The notes under the pieces were generated by a model that saw only the letters and a program-made list of their open reading frames with translations, made no database searches and had not been told where the DNA came from. The position numbers and the translations under genes are program-made. 64,000 bases of DNA, from positions 3,392,001 to 3,456,000 of the forward strand of contig OZ242351.1 of NCBI GenBank assembly GCA_965208675.1. Direction: 5' to 3'. Positions 1 through 9,858 of this stretch are shown piece by piece. Source of the stretch: Candidatus Poribacteria bacterium. GTDB taxonomy: Bacteria > Poribacteria > WGA-4E > PCPOR2b. The first letter of the stretch is position 1, and every line of letters begins with the position of its first letter.

Positions 1-161
1 CTGTTGAATGTAGGCGGCTTCAGGTAGTTGATGGGAACGGTAAAAGGCGGGTGAGCGTTTCGAATGGTTTTTTGGGGGGGCGTGTAAATGTTTATGACAA
101 TGATGAGATATCGAGGGCGGAACTTTCGGCGTTTCCAATCGTCAATGCGCCGGCGCCGTAG
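1..161 (+). CDS. 3' end of a hypothetical protein entering from the left edge
   Basis: Frame 3 is open from the edge (VECRRLQVVDGNGKRRV...) to TAG at 159-161; no start in the window. Confidence 0.35.
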   Translation, partial: VECRRLQVVDGNGKRRVSVSNGFLGGRVNVYDNDEISRAELSAFPIVNAPAP

Positions 162-244
162 GCATTGCGGAGCAATACGGCTTTCATTATAATTGGGCGA
201 GGGATTTGAGGGCAATTAAGGGTGAAGTTTGAATAGGGGTTAAG

Positions 245-751
245 ATGAAACGCAAGGGTTGTATCTGGCTAGTGCTGCTGGCGATTGCCGGTGTAGGGTA
301 CTGGTGGTTTTTCAGCCGCGACAAAGGAGAACCACAATCTTATGAAGTGGTTCGCATTGTTGACGGCGACACAATTCGCGTAAGATACAATGGGACGGTG
401 GAACCCGTTCGGCTACTCGGCGTGGATTCGCCGGAGACCGTGCACCCTGACAAGCCAGTGGAGTTTTACGGTGTGGAGGCGACCAATTTTACGAAGAATC
501 TACTAAAGGGCGAACGGGTATTTCTTCGGTACTGGAAGGAAAGACGGGATTCTTATGGGCGACTGCTAGCGTATGTGTATCGCGCGCCCGATGAGTTGTT
601 CGTGAATCTTGAGATTGTCCGCCAGGGATACGGGTTCGCGATTGGGCCAATAGACCATCGACACATCGACCGCTTCATCAAAGCAGAGCGTCGAGCACGT
701 GAGGCGAGGAAAGGGATTTGGGTAAGAAGCAGACGAAAGCCAATAAAATGA
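245..751 (+). CDS. Thermonuclease (SNase-like) family protein, N-terminal membrane anchor
   Basis: DGDT, RLLGVDSPET, DSYGRLLAYV, NLEIVRQGY and ARKGIW motifs; hydrophobic N-terminus. Confidence 0.92.
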   Translation: MKRKGCIWLVLLAIAGVGYWWFFSRDKGEPQSYEVVRIVDGDTIRVRYNGTVEPVRLLGVDSPETVHPDKPVEFYGVEATNFTKNLLKGERVFLRYWKERRDSYGRLLAYVYRAPDELFVNLEIVRQGYGFAIGPIDHRHIDRFIKAERRAREARKGIWVRSRRKPIK

Positions 752-865
752 AAGAGATTTGCAATGATAACGGCGTGATGTCCGCTCAATAGCGGGGTTT
801 AAACTTGAGAGGACGCATTCAGCAGGGTCTGGACGCAGTGAACAAAGAAGGGACGAAATCAGACT

Positions 866-1705
866 ATGAACATGTTACAATTTCTACAAGCCATGAATCC
901 TAGTTTCGATCCGGAGGAAGCCAAACTGCATCTTGCAACGCACAGTGAGACTTTGAATAGGCAAGCGATTGACATTTATACTGCAGGGGAATTTGACGAA
1001 TGGCAACGTTGGAATAATCCGGGGAGTTTTAATCGCGACTATGTCATCTCCTTGATTAGTCTTCCACCTCGCGACAGCGGTAGATGGCTATTTGCGGGTA
1101 TACATCGGTGTCTCGGGGGTGAGGAGACATACAGACCCGAGACCGACCGTGATGAATACAAGCACAACTTGACTGAGGAACAGCATTATGCGGAAATGAA
1201 CGGGCGTCTAGTCGTGGAGTTTGAAAGGATTTTCCGTCAGCCGTACGCCATTGCAGCGAACTGGATTCGAGACATTATGGTACGCGAAATCTATCCAAAA
1301 CGGTTATCTATTGGCGAGTTCCCTGGATTTAAGGCTGTAAATATCTTACGGGCACACCTGGAGTTAATTTTCGACGAATCTCTTGAATCGTGGCGTGTTG
1401 CCCTGTCCAATGTGGCGGGGGTGTATCTGATTATGGACGCGGCGACGGGAAAACCCTATGTCGGATGCGCGTACGGCGACGAAGGTATATGGGGACGCTG
1501 GTCGGAGTATGCCGATAGTGGACACGGAGGCAACATCGAGCTTCAGAAACTTTTGAAAGAGAATGGGAGTGATTACGTCAAGAATTTTCGCTACTCAATT
1601 CTTGAAGTCTCCGATCCTAATTCGAGTGACGATGAAATCAGGGAACGCGAGAATCACTGGAAAGAAGTCCTGATGACGCGCACCTATGGATTGAATGCAA
1701 ACTAG
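866..1705 (+). CDS. GIY-YIG nuclease family protein
   Basis: C-terminal GVYLI...YVG...GRW..Y...E..WK pattern. Confidence 0.85.
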   Translation: MNMLQFLQAMNPSFDPEEAKLHLATHSETLNRQAIDIYTAGEFDEWQRWNNPGSFNRDYVISLISLPPRDSGRWLFAGIHRCLGGEETYRPETDRDEYKHNLTEEQHYAEMNGRLVVEFERIFRQPYAIAANWIRDIMVREIYPKRLSIGEFPGFKAVNILRAHLELIFDESLESWRVALSNVAGVYLIMDAATGKPYVGCAYGDEGIWGRWSEYADSGHGGNIELQKLLKENGSDYVKNFRYSILEVSDPNSSDDEIRERENHWKEVLMTRTYGLNAN

Positions 1706-1773
1706 GTTTGTTGGAATGGCGAAGGGCGGGCAGGCTATATGGTGATTAAGATGGGCTGAAGATTGAGCAAAAT

Positions 1774-2049
1774 TTGAGACACCGGCGTTATTCGCCGTAT
1801 TTGAAGCGAAAGGTAGCGCTCCGCATTTCCATGACGGACCGTGGGAAACCGTGGCAGAATCCATACGTTGAGAGTACGATTGGCAGAATCAAAGACGAGT
1901 ATATGGTTGACTCCGAGTATCAGGATTTCCGGGATGCATACAACCAACTTAGTCCAGTATTAGATGTCGTGTATAATCAGAAAAGGCCTCATTCAGCGCT
2001 AGGCTATCGGACACCTGCTGAATTCGAGGCAGCGTATAATGCGCACTAG
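1774..2049 (+). pseudogene. IS3-family transposase remnant (C-terminal integrase core only)
   Basis: ISMTDRGKPWQNPYVES...IKDE and YNQKRPHSALGYRTP motifs; N-terminal part absent; possible right end near 2150-2174. Confidence 0.8.
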
Positions 2050-2494
2050 AACACAAATCGGTATTTCATCTTGAATTAACAACGCAGCACTAACACAGTT
2101 ACAGGTAAGTCCAAAACTTCAAAATACCTTCTTAACATCCACAATTTCGTGTCCAAACAATTGGGGTCACTGCCTTATACCTCTGAATTTGCAATGTGAC
2201 ATTCTGTGTTTTATACTTTCAGATGGTTTAATCTCTGGTTTTGTGCCGGCCTCTATATTTGCCAGTTTCAGGAATTAGTTGCGGAATTTTTCATTAGACA
2301 GGCAATCCGCATTCGATTCATGGCAAGTTTAATAGCCAAAAAGGCCGCACAGGATTTAACCAAGACAAAAAACGCGGGCAGTAACTACCACCGGCGTACC
2401 CTCCTCATCGAATTAGTCACATTATCAAACATGCTATGAAATTTCGCATCTATTCAACGAAGCCGCCCGCTAATTTGTTCCGCAGGCAGTTCTT

Positions 2495-2697
2495 GTAGGT
2501 TGGGTTGAGCGTTCAACCGAGTGAATAACGAGGGCGATAGTTTCCCGATGAAACATACAACTTAGGGCGCATGGGTGTTGGGAGTGGACTCTGTTTGAAA
2601 GTTGTTAGTCTGACCGTGTCGAGCGTCGGGTAACTGCCGAGTGGTTCAAGGATATTCAAAAGCGTTGGGTTTGACCGTCGGTTCAACTCAACCTACA
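2495..2697. repeat. REP-type dispersed repeat (GTAGGTTGGGTTGAGCG...CAACTCAACCTAC family)
   Basis: Inverted termini; internal segment is the reverse complement of parts of 52117-52170. Confidence 0.7.
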
Positions 2698-2752
2698 AGA
2701 ACTGCTGTCTCAATTCATTCCCGAATTCTAAACATTTAGATGTGGATTTTTA

Positions 2753-2781
2753 TTGACGCATTCTGAATTTTGAAGTATAAT
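2753..2781 (+). promoter_or_regulatory. sigma70-type promoter
   Basis: TTGACG-17 bp-TATAAT. Confidence 0.75.
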
Positions 2782-2787
2782 TTAACT

Positions 2788-2873
2788 TACAAGGCTACAG
2801 CGACCTACTGAGCTGATTTCAATTCAATTGTGCTGTAGTTTACTGCCGTGGGCATTCCGCTCCCGGCTTTTTT
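2788..2873 (+). ncRNA. Candidate small RNA (stem-loop plus intrinsic terminator)
   Basis: Follows a near-consensus promoter; stem 2792-2801/2832-2841; GC hairpin 2845-2867 then T6; no ORF. Confidence 0.5.
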
Positions 2874-3010
2874 CATGATTATCCCCGTTGATAAACAATT
2901 AACCGATTTAACCGCAATCTAGCAATTGAGAATTTAGATAACGAGTCCAGATAAATGGTCACCGGTGCGAATGGTCAGATTTCGTCCCCCACGTTCACGC
3001 TGAAATGGGG

Positions 3011-3403
3011 TCAAAAACTAAGCGTAAAATAGCTGTTTATTCCATTGTAAATTAGGAGTCCGTTGTGTAGTATATCTCTCGCAATCAAACATTCAACCGT
3101 GGTATCTAGTCCGTCAACAATACGATATTGACCCAAATTCATTATTATACCGTCTTGAGACTCAAATGCGATATTTGCAAAATAGCTATTGCATTGCATA
3201 GAGGAATATATTGATCGAATTTCTTCAAAGTCGTGAAATGGCAAATCTAGCCTTTTAGCAATGTGTGTCTCGATTTGGGTGGTGGTCGCCCCCGTGTCTA
3301 TTACTGCTTCCACAGTCAACTGTCGGGCCGTGTTAGGATTCTCGATAATGACCGGTACGATTAATTCATCGTCGCCGGACACATCGAATGTGCAAGTTGG
3401 CAT
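3011..3403 (-). CDS. Retropepsin-like aspartyl protease
   Basis: AVIDTGAT catalytic motif; CLIARDIL (cf. LIGRD) motif. Confidence 0.85.
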   Translation of the reverse strand: MPTCTFDVSGDDELIVPVIIENPNTARQLTVEAVIDTGATTTQIETHIAKRLDLPFHDFEEIRSIYSSMQCNSYFANIAFESQDGIIMNLGQYRIVDGLDTTVECLIARDILHNGLLIYNGINSYFTLSF

Positions 3404-4250
3404 GGCGGATTAATCCTTTCTATTTTAATTCTCCCACAATGGTTACGTCAGGATCATCTTCAATCCGTGAATATTCCCCATATTCAAGCTATTAAAAATG
3501 ACAGTTTTCGTAGGTTGAGTTAAACGATAACGAAGCGGATATGGAAGCCTACGCCACGTGCGTCATCAAGGATTTGAGCGGGTATTTTGGGATAGAGGGT
3601 AAACCTACAATCATAAACCTTTATTCCAAAAAATTCACACCCAAACCCTTGAATCCCAACCGATGGGATTGTGCAAGGCACGTCTGAAATCTAACTTGAC
3701 CAACCCGTCAGAGGGTTCAAAAATGAGCATTCTCAACTTATTTTTTCAAATACTCACAAATACTCAACGCCGCGAACCCGCGCCCTGACTAGCTTTCAGC
3801 CCATTTTCGATTATTTTTCGATGTTTCAAATGCTCACAAAATAAGTAAATCGAATTTCGTAGATTTCCCCTCTTTCAAAGGCAATTTCAGGACGACGGTT
3901 TTTTGGAGTAATTGAATAACCGTGGGCTGCACCAAACAACGCTTTTAAATCTGACCTCGGCCCCGCTACCCTTCTGTCTCGACACCCCCAAGCAGTGCCG
4001 CATCCAGTGAGGTTTTCGTCTTCGCCGACGCTATTGCTTTTCTCCATTCCAAAAAGCAATAAAGTTTCATAGTTAACTTCCCACCCCTCTATGACGCGAA
4101 CTACGATAAATACAGTGCTAGACTGCATTCCCGCCCTTTTTCTCCTAAATAAAATCCTCACGGTGCATCGAAAAACTATGAAAACTATGAAATTTTCACA
4201 CAATCACTAATTTGGATATTATTGTAAAACATATAATTATTTATACACGG

Positions 4251-4323
4251 CGGTAGGTTCGGTTTCCCAACCGAACCGGTATTTATCCAGCCCCGCAGGT
4301 GCGGTTGGAAACCGCACCTACCG
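4251..4323. repeat. Inverted REP doublet
   Basis: CGGTAGGTTCGGTTTCCCAACCGAACC ... GGTGCGGTTGGAAACCGCACCTACCG: two hairpins in inverted orientation with GTAG/CTAC ends. Confidence 0.75.
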
Positions 4324-4486
4324 AAATATGTGTAAATATGAAGGGAATTGGATATTACATATCGGCTCGTGTTTGTGCAACTTTAATCTTAGATGACCTG
4401 TTAGAAAATTGAACAACACCCTGTTTCGGCTGAAATCTGTCCCTGCCCGCGCCCCTAAAACAGCCGAATGTGTCCCGATTTTAATC

Positions 4487-5794
4487 TTAAGGTTCACCAC
4501 TATCTTCGCTAAGCTCGGAGATGTTCGGTGAGAGGTCCAACTGTGCGGCGGATTCCTCCGTAGGAAGGGCTTCGACAGATTGAAGTTGCCGCTCCATCGC
4601 GCGTGTGCGGGTCTTGGTCTGACCGACTGTATTGGAGGCTGTGTTCAACTGGCGCTCCAACTTATCCATGACCTCGCCGAATTTGCCGAACTCCGTCTTC
4701 ACGGCTGCGAGGATCTCCCAAACCTCGCTAGACCTCTTTTCAATGGCGAGGGTTTGGAAACCCATGCGCAGGCTATTCAGAAGCGCAGCTAGCGTGGTTG
4801 GGCCCGCGACGACAATCCGGTATTGTTGCAGGAGTTCCGTCACTTGACCCGGGGAACGGAGGACCTCGGCATAAAGCCCTTCGGTCGGCATAAACATAAT
4901 GGCGAAATTCGTGGTCTTAGGCGGGGCGATGTATTTGTCGTGAATCTTCTTGGCTTCAGCTTGCACCGATCGTCTGAAGGCGCGGGACGCTTCTTGCACG
5001 GCAGTTGGGTCAGCGCCGTTGTCTGCAGCTTCAACCAATTTTTCGTAATCCGCAAGCGGGAACTTGGAATCAATCGGCAGCCACACACAGGAGTCCGGCT
5101 CATCATCTCGTCCCGGAAGGCGGATGGCGTACTCCACTTCGTCCTGCGAATTCGCTATCGTCCGTACGTTTGTGTCGTACTGATCCGGCGTGAGCACCTC
5201 TTCAAGCAGTGCGCCAAGCTGAACCTCGCCCCAGGTGCCGCGCGCTTTGACGTTTGTCAGTACGCGCTTGAGATCGCCGACCCCCGTTGCGAGGTTCTGC
5301 ATCTCTCCGAGGCCGAGTTGCACAGCTTCAAGACGTTTGCTGACGAGATTGAATGATTCGCCAAGCCGTTTTTCCAGCGTTGATTGGAGCTGTTCATCAA
5401 CCGTCTTGCGCATCTGTTCAAGCTTGTTTTCATTGCTCGTCTGCATGGCTTGAAGCCGTTCGTCGACCGTTGACCTGACCTCCTTAAGGCGCTTTTCGTT
5501 GGATTGCGTCAGTGTGTCTATTGCATCGGTTCCGCTCTTGATGTGGCGCGCCTGTGTTTTACCGAGTTCCCCGACGGTCTTAACGAGTGTGTTGGCAGTG
5601 GTTTCCTGACTCGCTCTGATCTCGTTCCTAATTTCGCGGTCGGACCTTGCTACTTCCTCACGAAGGGAGCGCAACCCGTCTTGCACGGCTCTTCCTGCCC
5701 CGCTCTTTCCAATCAACCGCGCTAACACGAACCCGAGGAGCGCAAGATTGACGGCTGACAGAACTACAATGACCCAGATAAGTGTTTCAATCAT
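4487..5794 (-). CDS. rmuC: DNA recombination protein RmuC
   Basis: N-terminal TM, coiled coil, KARGTWGEVQL, PIDSKFP, MFMPTEG and GPTTL motifs. Confidence 0.95.
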   Translation of the reverse strand: MIETLIWVIVVLSAVNLALLGFVLARLIGKSGAGRAVQDGLRSLREEVARSDREIRNEIRASQETTANTLVKTVGELGKTQARHIKSGTDAIDTLTQSNEKRLKEVRSTVDERLQAMQTSNENKLEQMRKTVDEQLQSTLEKRLGESFNLVSKRLEAVQLGLGEMQNLATGVGDLKRVLTNVKARGTWGEVQLGALLEEVLTPDQYDTNVRTIANSQDEVEYAIRLPGRDDEPDSCVWLPIDSKFPLADYEKLVEAADNGADPTAVQEASRAFRRSVQAEAKKIHDKYIAPPKTTNFAIMFMPTEGLYAEVLRSPGQVTELLQQYRIVVAGPTTLAALLNSLRMGFQTLAIEKRSSEVWEILAAVKTEFGKFGEVMDKLERQLNTASNTVGQTKTRTRAMERQLQSVEALPTEESAAQLDLSPNISELSEDSGEP

Positions 5795-5835
5795 CTCCTT
5801 TTACCCCCAGTTGTTTAACTTGGAACTTACGCAGT

Positions 5836-6516
5836 TTAGTTCAGTTTCTCAGTCCAGCCATTGACAATGCGAGCCATCTCAACGAAAACGTCCTCTGTAG
5901 TTTTGCGGGAGCGTTTGAGCACCTTGAAACCGTGGTCGGCGGTATCCAGCAGATGCAAGGTTGCCTTGCCTCCGAGTTTTTCACATACCGGTGTTAACAA
6001 ATTCAGTTCCGCCAGCTTGTCCCGTGTGCCGGACAGGAACAACATCGGCACCGTCACATCGCTCAGGTGCTCGGCGCGTTCGGTGCCCGGTCTCCCGGCG
6101 GGGTGAAGCGGGAATGCGAAGTAAACTAAACCGCGTACCCCTTCCAGCGGGGCATCCGCGGCTGCATGAGAGGACATTCGTCCGCTGTAAGAGTGCCCTC
6201 CAACGAGAAGCGGTAGTCCGCTCGCCGCCTCGTGTGCGGCGGCAACTGCGGACCGCACGGTTTCCAGCGCAACCGCTTGTGATTCTCGACCGCCTCCGCC
6301 GCGTTCCATGTAGGGAAACTGATAGCGGAACGTGGCGATTCCGGTCTCTGCCAAACGTTCGGAAATCGTCTGGAGGGTTGGATGCCGCATGTTTGTGCTG
6401 GCGCCATGCCCCAGAACCAGCAGCCAACTCGCGCCATCCGGGCGAATCAGTAACGAGGAGACCTCGCCTTTTTCCTGCGTTGCGATGAATTTTGATTCTA
6501 TCATCTCATGGCTCAT
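5836..6516 (-). CDS. Alpha/beta hydrolase (dienelactone hydrolase / KANL3-Tex30-like)
   Basis: LGHGA, GGHSYSGR nucleophile elbow, FPLHP, SGTRD, ADHGF. Confidence 0.85.
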   Translation of the reverse strand: MSHEMIESKFIATQEKGEVSSLLIRPDGASWLLVLGHGASTNMRHPTLQTISERLAETGIATFRYQFPYMERGGGGRESQAVALETVRSAVAAAHEAASGLPLLVGGHSYSGRMSSHAAADAPLEGVRGLVYFAFPLHPAGRPGTERAEHLSDVTVPMLFLSGTRDKLAELNLLTPVCEKLGGKATLHLLDTADHGFKVLKRSRKTTEDVFVEMARIVNGWTEKLN

Positions 6517-6677
6517 TGGATGCGTCTCCTAATAAGACAATTCTGTAAAACATTTTTGTGCTCGCCGTTTGCGGCATAGCATGATTTTAGAATAGAACCG
6601 CGTTTTGCGTCAAGGCGAAACTGGCGTAATCTGGAAACCGTTCGGAAGGATTGCCGGGGTTCGACCTCCCTTGTTAT

Positions 6678-6901
6678 ACTTACTCTCTCCCACAAGTCCC
6701 CAGGGTCGGATAGTGAGTGGGTTATCTCCCGTCATTCTTGACGAAACCGTGCTGTGAAGCGCCTGTGGGCATGGCTTCGTAGCCTTGCTTATCGGGACAG
6801 GGATGTCCCTCCCACAGTTTGCACCATACCGAAATGAACAATCGTTTTTAACCCTAACATAGACAGCGTTTAGCTCCAGAGACTGGTGGGTAACAGTAAG
6901 C
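6678..6901. mobile_element. 224-bp MITE, copy 1
   Basis: Imperfect terminal inverted repeats; homologous, same-length copy at 49713-49936; degenerate 8-bp flanking duplication CTTGTTAT/CTTGGTAA. Confidence 0.75.
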
Positions 6902-6958
6902 CTTGGTAAAGGGGAGTATATGCTTATTTCAGTTCGCAAAATTCAAGATGTGCAAGGT

Positions 6959-7798
6959 CTACTCTTTTTTCACGCCGGTTTTTGCCCCTTTTGAGCGGAG
7001 ATGGTCAATCATGTCCTGGCGATTGAGTTCGATTGCAAGATCGAGAGGCGTCCAGCCTGTATCGGTTTCGGCGTTGATATCGGCGCCCGCGTCGAGCATG
7101 AGGTCGGCTTGTTCGGTAAGCCCCGACCATTCCGCGAGGGTGTGCATGGGGCGCCAATTTCCCCAAACTTCACCTTGAGCGTTGACATCGGCGCCGTTTT
7201 GTATAAGCAGTGCGGTAATCCGCACAAAACTGTCTTTGGATCCTCGCCGTGTGCGTCCAACCCAATGGAGCGGGATGAAGCCGTCAACATCGGTGGTTGC
7301 GGCACAGGACGGATTGCTTTCGAGCAAGTCTTGCGCGACGCCCAGCATTCCGAAATGCGACGCGGTAAGAATGTCGATTTCTGCGCCTTTGGCTAGCAGA
7401 TAATCCATAACGGCTTCAGCTTCTTCACAAGCGCCGTAGATGAGAGATGCGCACTGCAGCGGCGTGTAACCGCGACGATCTCGGGTATGGACGAGATTTG
7501 GATTCTCCAGGAGCATGCGGCGCACCGCGTCGAGCAAACCGGCGCGAGCGGCGGTAAAGATGTCCAAATCGGCACCGTTTTCAGCCAAATACTTTACGAT
7601 TTTTCGATGTTGCGGCCGATGCCAAACCACGTGGGATGCGGCAATCTCAATCAGGCTGCCCCCACCGTCTTGTCTCTGTGCAACCGCAAGTCGGCGGTCT
7701 CCTTCAACAAGTGTTTTTACCGTCGAGAGGTCGCCCTTTTTGACGGCGTTAATCGCCTCATTTACACGGGTTTCAAAGTCATTTTCACTGCCTGCCAT
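6959..7798 (-). CDS. Ankyrin repeat protein
   Basis: Repeated GxTPL / GAD(V/I)NA motifs. Confidence 0.9.
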   Translation of the reverse strand: MAGSENDFETRVNEAINAVKKGDLSTVKTLVEGDRRLAVAQRQDGGGSLIEIAASHVVWHRPQHRKIVKYLAENGADLDIFTAARAGLLDAVRRMLLENPNLVHTRDRRGYTPLQCASLIYGACEEAEAVMDYLLAKGAEIDILTASHFGMLGVAQDLLESNPSCAATTDVDGFIPLHWVGRTRRGSKDSFVRITALLIQNGADVNAQGEVWGNWRPMHTLAEWSGLTEQADLMLDAGADINAETDTGWTPLDLAIELNRQDMIDHLRSKGAKTGVKKE

Positions 7799-7928
7799 AA
7801 AAAAAATCTCCTATGAACGTTTGTGTTCTCTGCAGCGCGAACAGTCTACTCACCCGCGCCATGCAACCGCCTAACTTCTCGCTGTCTAAACGAAAGGAAT
7901 CAACCGGGGATGGGTGTAGACACCTCGA

Positions 7929-8600
7929 CTACTCCGTTTTCTCCGCGATGAGCCGAATGACTGCCGCCGTTCCGTCGTGCATCCCCTCATCCAGTTCTAC
8001 GACGGTGTCCTCGTAGTACAAGATTCGCAACGACTTAAAGTGATGCAAAAGTTCGTTGGGTTTCACAAGATAGTCGGGATTCCTGGGTCCAAAGCCGCTA
8101 GATTCCCTGTAGTTGAGGTGGTCGATCGAGAATTGTTCTAGGATAAACATGCCGCCCGGCTTCAGCGCTTCAAGGACTTGAGTGAAGATTGACGTGTCGT
8201 AGTAGTAAAAATTTGTGACCAGATCGTATTGCGCTTTGCCCATGTCATAGCCGGTCAAATCGGCAACGACGGCATGTACCTCTGTGTTTCTTTCCTTTGC
8301 CAGCTTGTTGCATTTTTTGATGGCGACTTCAGAAATGTCAACGCCGGTGACATCAAAGCCGTTTTGGGCGAGATAAACCGCGTTGCGCCCCTCCCCCATC
8401 GCCAGCACGAGCGCTTTACCGACCTTGAGTCCGCCAATCTTCTGCTTGAGGAAAGCAGCCGGTTCTTTACCGTAGATATACATATCGCGGTCGTAACGCT
8501 CATTCCACCGCGCTTTCGTAGACTCGGATTTGCCGCCTAGTAGCGGGACTTGGCTGAATAGAAATAGTCCAATGGCTGCGGGTATGATTAGATGTCTCAT
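7929..8600 (-). CDS. Class I SAM-dependent methyltransferase (TehB-like) with hydrophobic N-terminus
   Basis: LAMGEGRN, VTGVDIS and LKPGG motifs. Confidence 0.88.
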   Translation of the reverse strand: MRHLIIPAAIGLFLFSQVPLLGGKSESTKARWNERYDRDMYIYGKEPAAFLKQKIGGLKVGKALVLAMGEGRNAVYLAQNGFDVTGVDISEVAIKKCNKLAKERNTEVHAVVADLTGYDMGKAQYDLVTNFYYYDTSIFTQVLEALKPGGMFILEQFSIDHLNYRESSGFGPRNPDYLVKPNELLHHFKSLRILYYEDTVVELDEGMHDGTAAVIRLIAEKTE

Positions 8601-8857
8601 ATTTCTCCTTTCGGTTGTATTTTTACGAGATCTCTAGGCTTACGGCAATTGGTTCTCGCCGTAGATTGTGCGTTGTGGAATTGATCAGAAGTTACCATTC
8701 TACAGGAAGATTAAATGGATGGCGGCGCAAGCAGATTGGATTTTCGGTTTCTCCTCACAATGGGAATGGTAAGATTTGTATTTGGAAGGGTGAGAGTGGA
8801 TACTAAATTTTACGACCTATCGAATCGAAAATCAACCATTTTTAGGCATAGGAATTA

Positions 8858-9694
8858 CTATGGATACGGTGTTGCATAGTCATACCATTCAAGAATGCGC
8901 CATTCGCTTGTGTTTTCGGCGTTTTCTCGAAGTTCTAGTATGAAAAACATGTGCCCGGATGGATAAGATACCTCTCCTGAAGCATGTTGGACGAATTTGA
9001 GGTCGTAATCATACTCAACCATTGCAAGGGTATCATTTAAGAACTCAATATCTCCACGCCGAGAGAGATTTAAATCGATACGCTCCATTGCATTGAACAG
9101 TCTCGATGTTCCTTCGCGTTCCTGCCGCCCGCCCCGGAATATCAGATCGTCGTCTGGATTATCGGGTGTGCCTAAGTCGCTGGTGTAGAAGAAGTCGTCT
9201 TCCCATATCGCGGACATATATTGTTCTATATCGTAAATTTCGAGCCCATATTTCCATTGATCCCAAATAACGGATTCTATTTTGGATTTTTCTTGATTGT
9301 AATCAAATTCATCGTTTCCGGCATCATTTTCTTGGTTAAAATCCGCTTGCTCTGTCTCGTCAAAAGTATCTTCGGGTTCAAGGCTCGAAAGCCAGGCGAT
9401 AAAGTCCTTGATTTCATCGTCGCTACTCTGAGCTGTAGGTACTTTCTCAGGAATGTGCGCCGTCTCTGTCTCTTGGAAATCTGTGTTTTCCTCAACCGGT
9501 TGAGTTTGCGTTGCAACCCAAGAACTGCGCTTGACGAACCGAGGTTTAGTGATTCGCCGAGCTTCCGGCAAGACTATTTCTACGCGCCGTTCCACCTCGG
9601 ACGCGTGGTACTTCAACACCTGAAGCCCGATGAATCCAGCAGTAAGAATACCAACGCAAGCGAGGAGTATCTTTATTTTCGTTCTAAATTTCAT
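8858..9694 (-). CDS. Membrane-anchored protein with probable C-terminal NTF2/SnoaL-like domain
   Basis: Basic N-terminus plus TM from Met at 9694; acidic linker; C-terminal YDIEQYMSAIW...WRILEW pattern. Confidence 0.6.
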   Translation of the reverse strand: MKFRTKIKILLACVGILTAGFIGLQVLKYHASEVERRVEIVLPEARRITKPRFVKRSSWVATQTQPVEENTDFQETETAHIPEKVPTAQSSDDEIKDFIAWLSSLEPEDTFDETEQADFNQENDAGNDEFDYNQEKSKIESVIWDQWKYGLEIYDIEQYMSAIWEDDFFYTSDLGTPDNPDDDLIFRGGRQEREGTSRLFNAMERIDLNLSRRGDIEFLNDTLAMVEYDYDLKFVQHASGEVSYPSGHMFFILELRENAENTSEWRILEWYDYATPYP

Positions 9695-9858
9695 AATGTG
9701 AATTGATGCCTTGTCAACGAAATGAATAACTCTTTCTGGATGTTTTATTGGTGTAAAATCCCAATTAACTCCATCATTATATGTCAGGTTATGTTTTGAC
9801 AGCAATCGGCAAAATAGGCTTGAAAATCTCGGTTACACTGGTTATCATTGGTGCAGAG

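Noticed and set aside
2206-2439. 77-aa ORF
   Set aside because: No SD or motif; lies among IS and repeat debris
3420-3490. Partner gene upstream of the retropepsin
   Set aside because: Only about 22 open codons with stops immediately upstream; at most a remnant
3826-4203. 125-aa ORF and the short tandem repeats around it
   Set aside because: TTG/GTG-type start without SD, no recognisable motifs; the repeats are only two copies in AT-rich DNA
6610-6939. 109-aa ORF and its apparent paralogue at 49645-50070
   Set aside because: Both are translations of the 224-bp MITE; the similarity ends at the element boundaries
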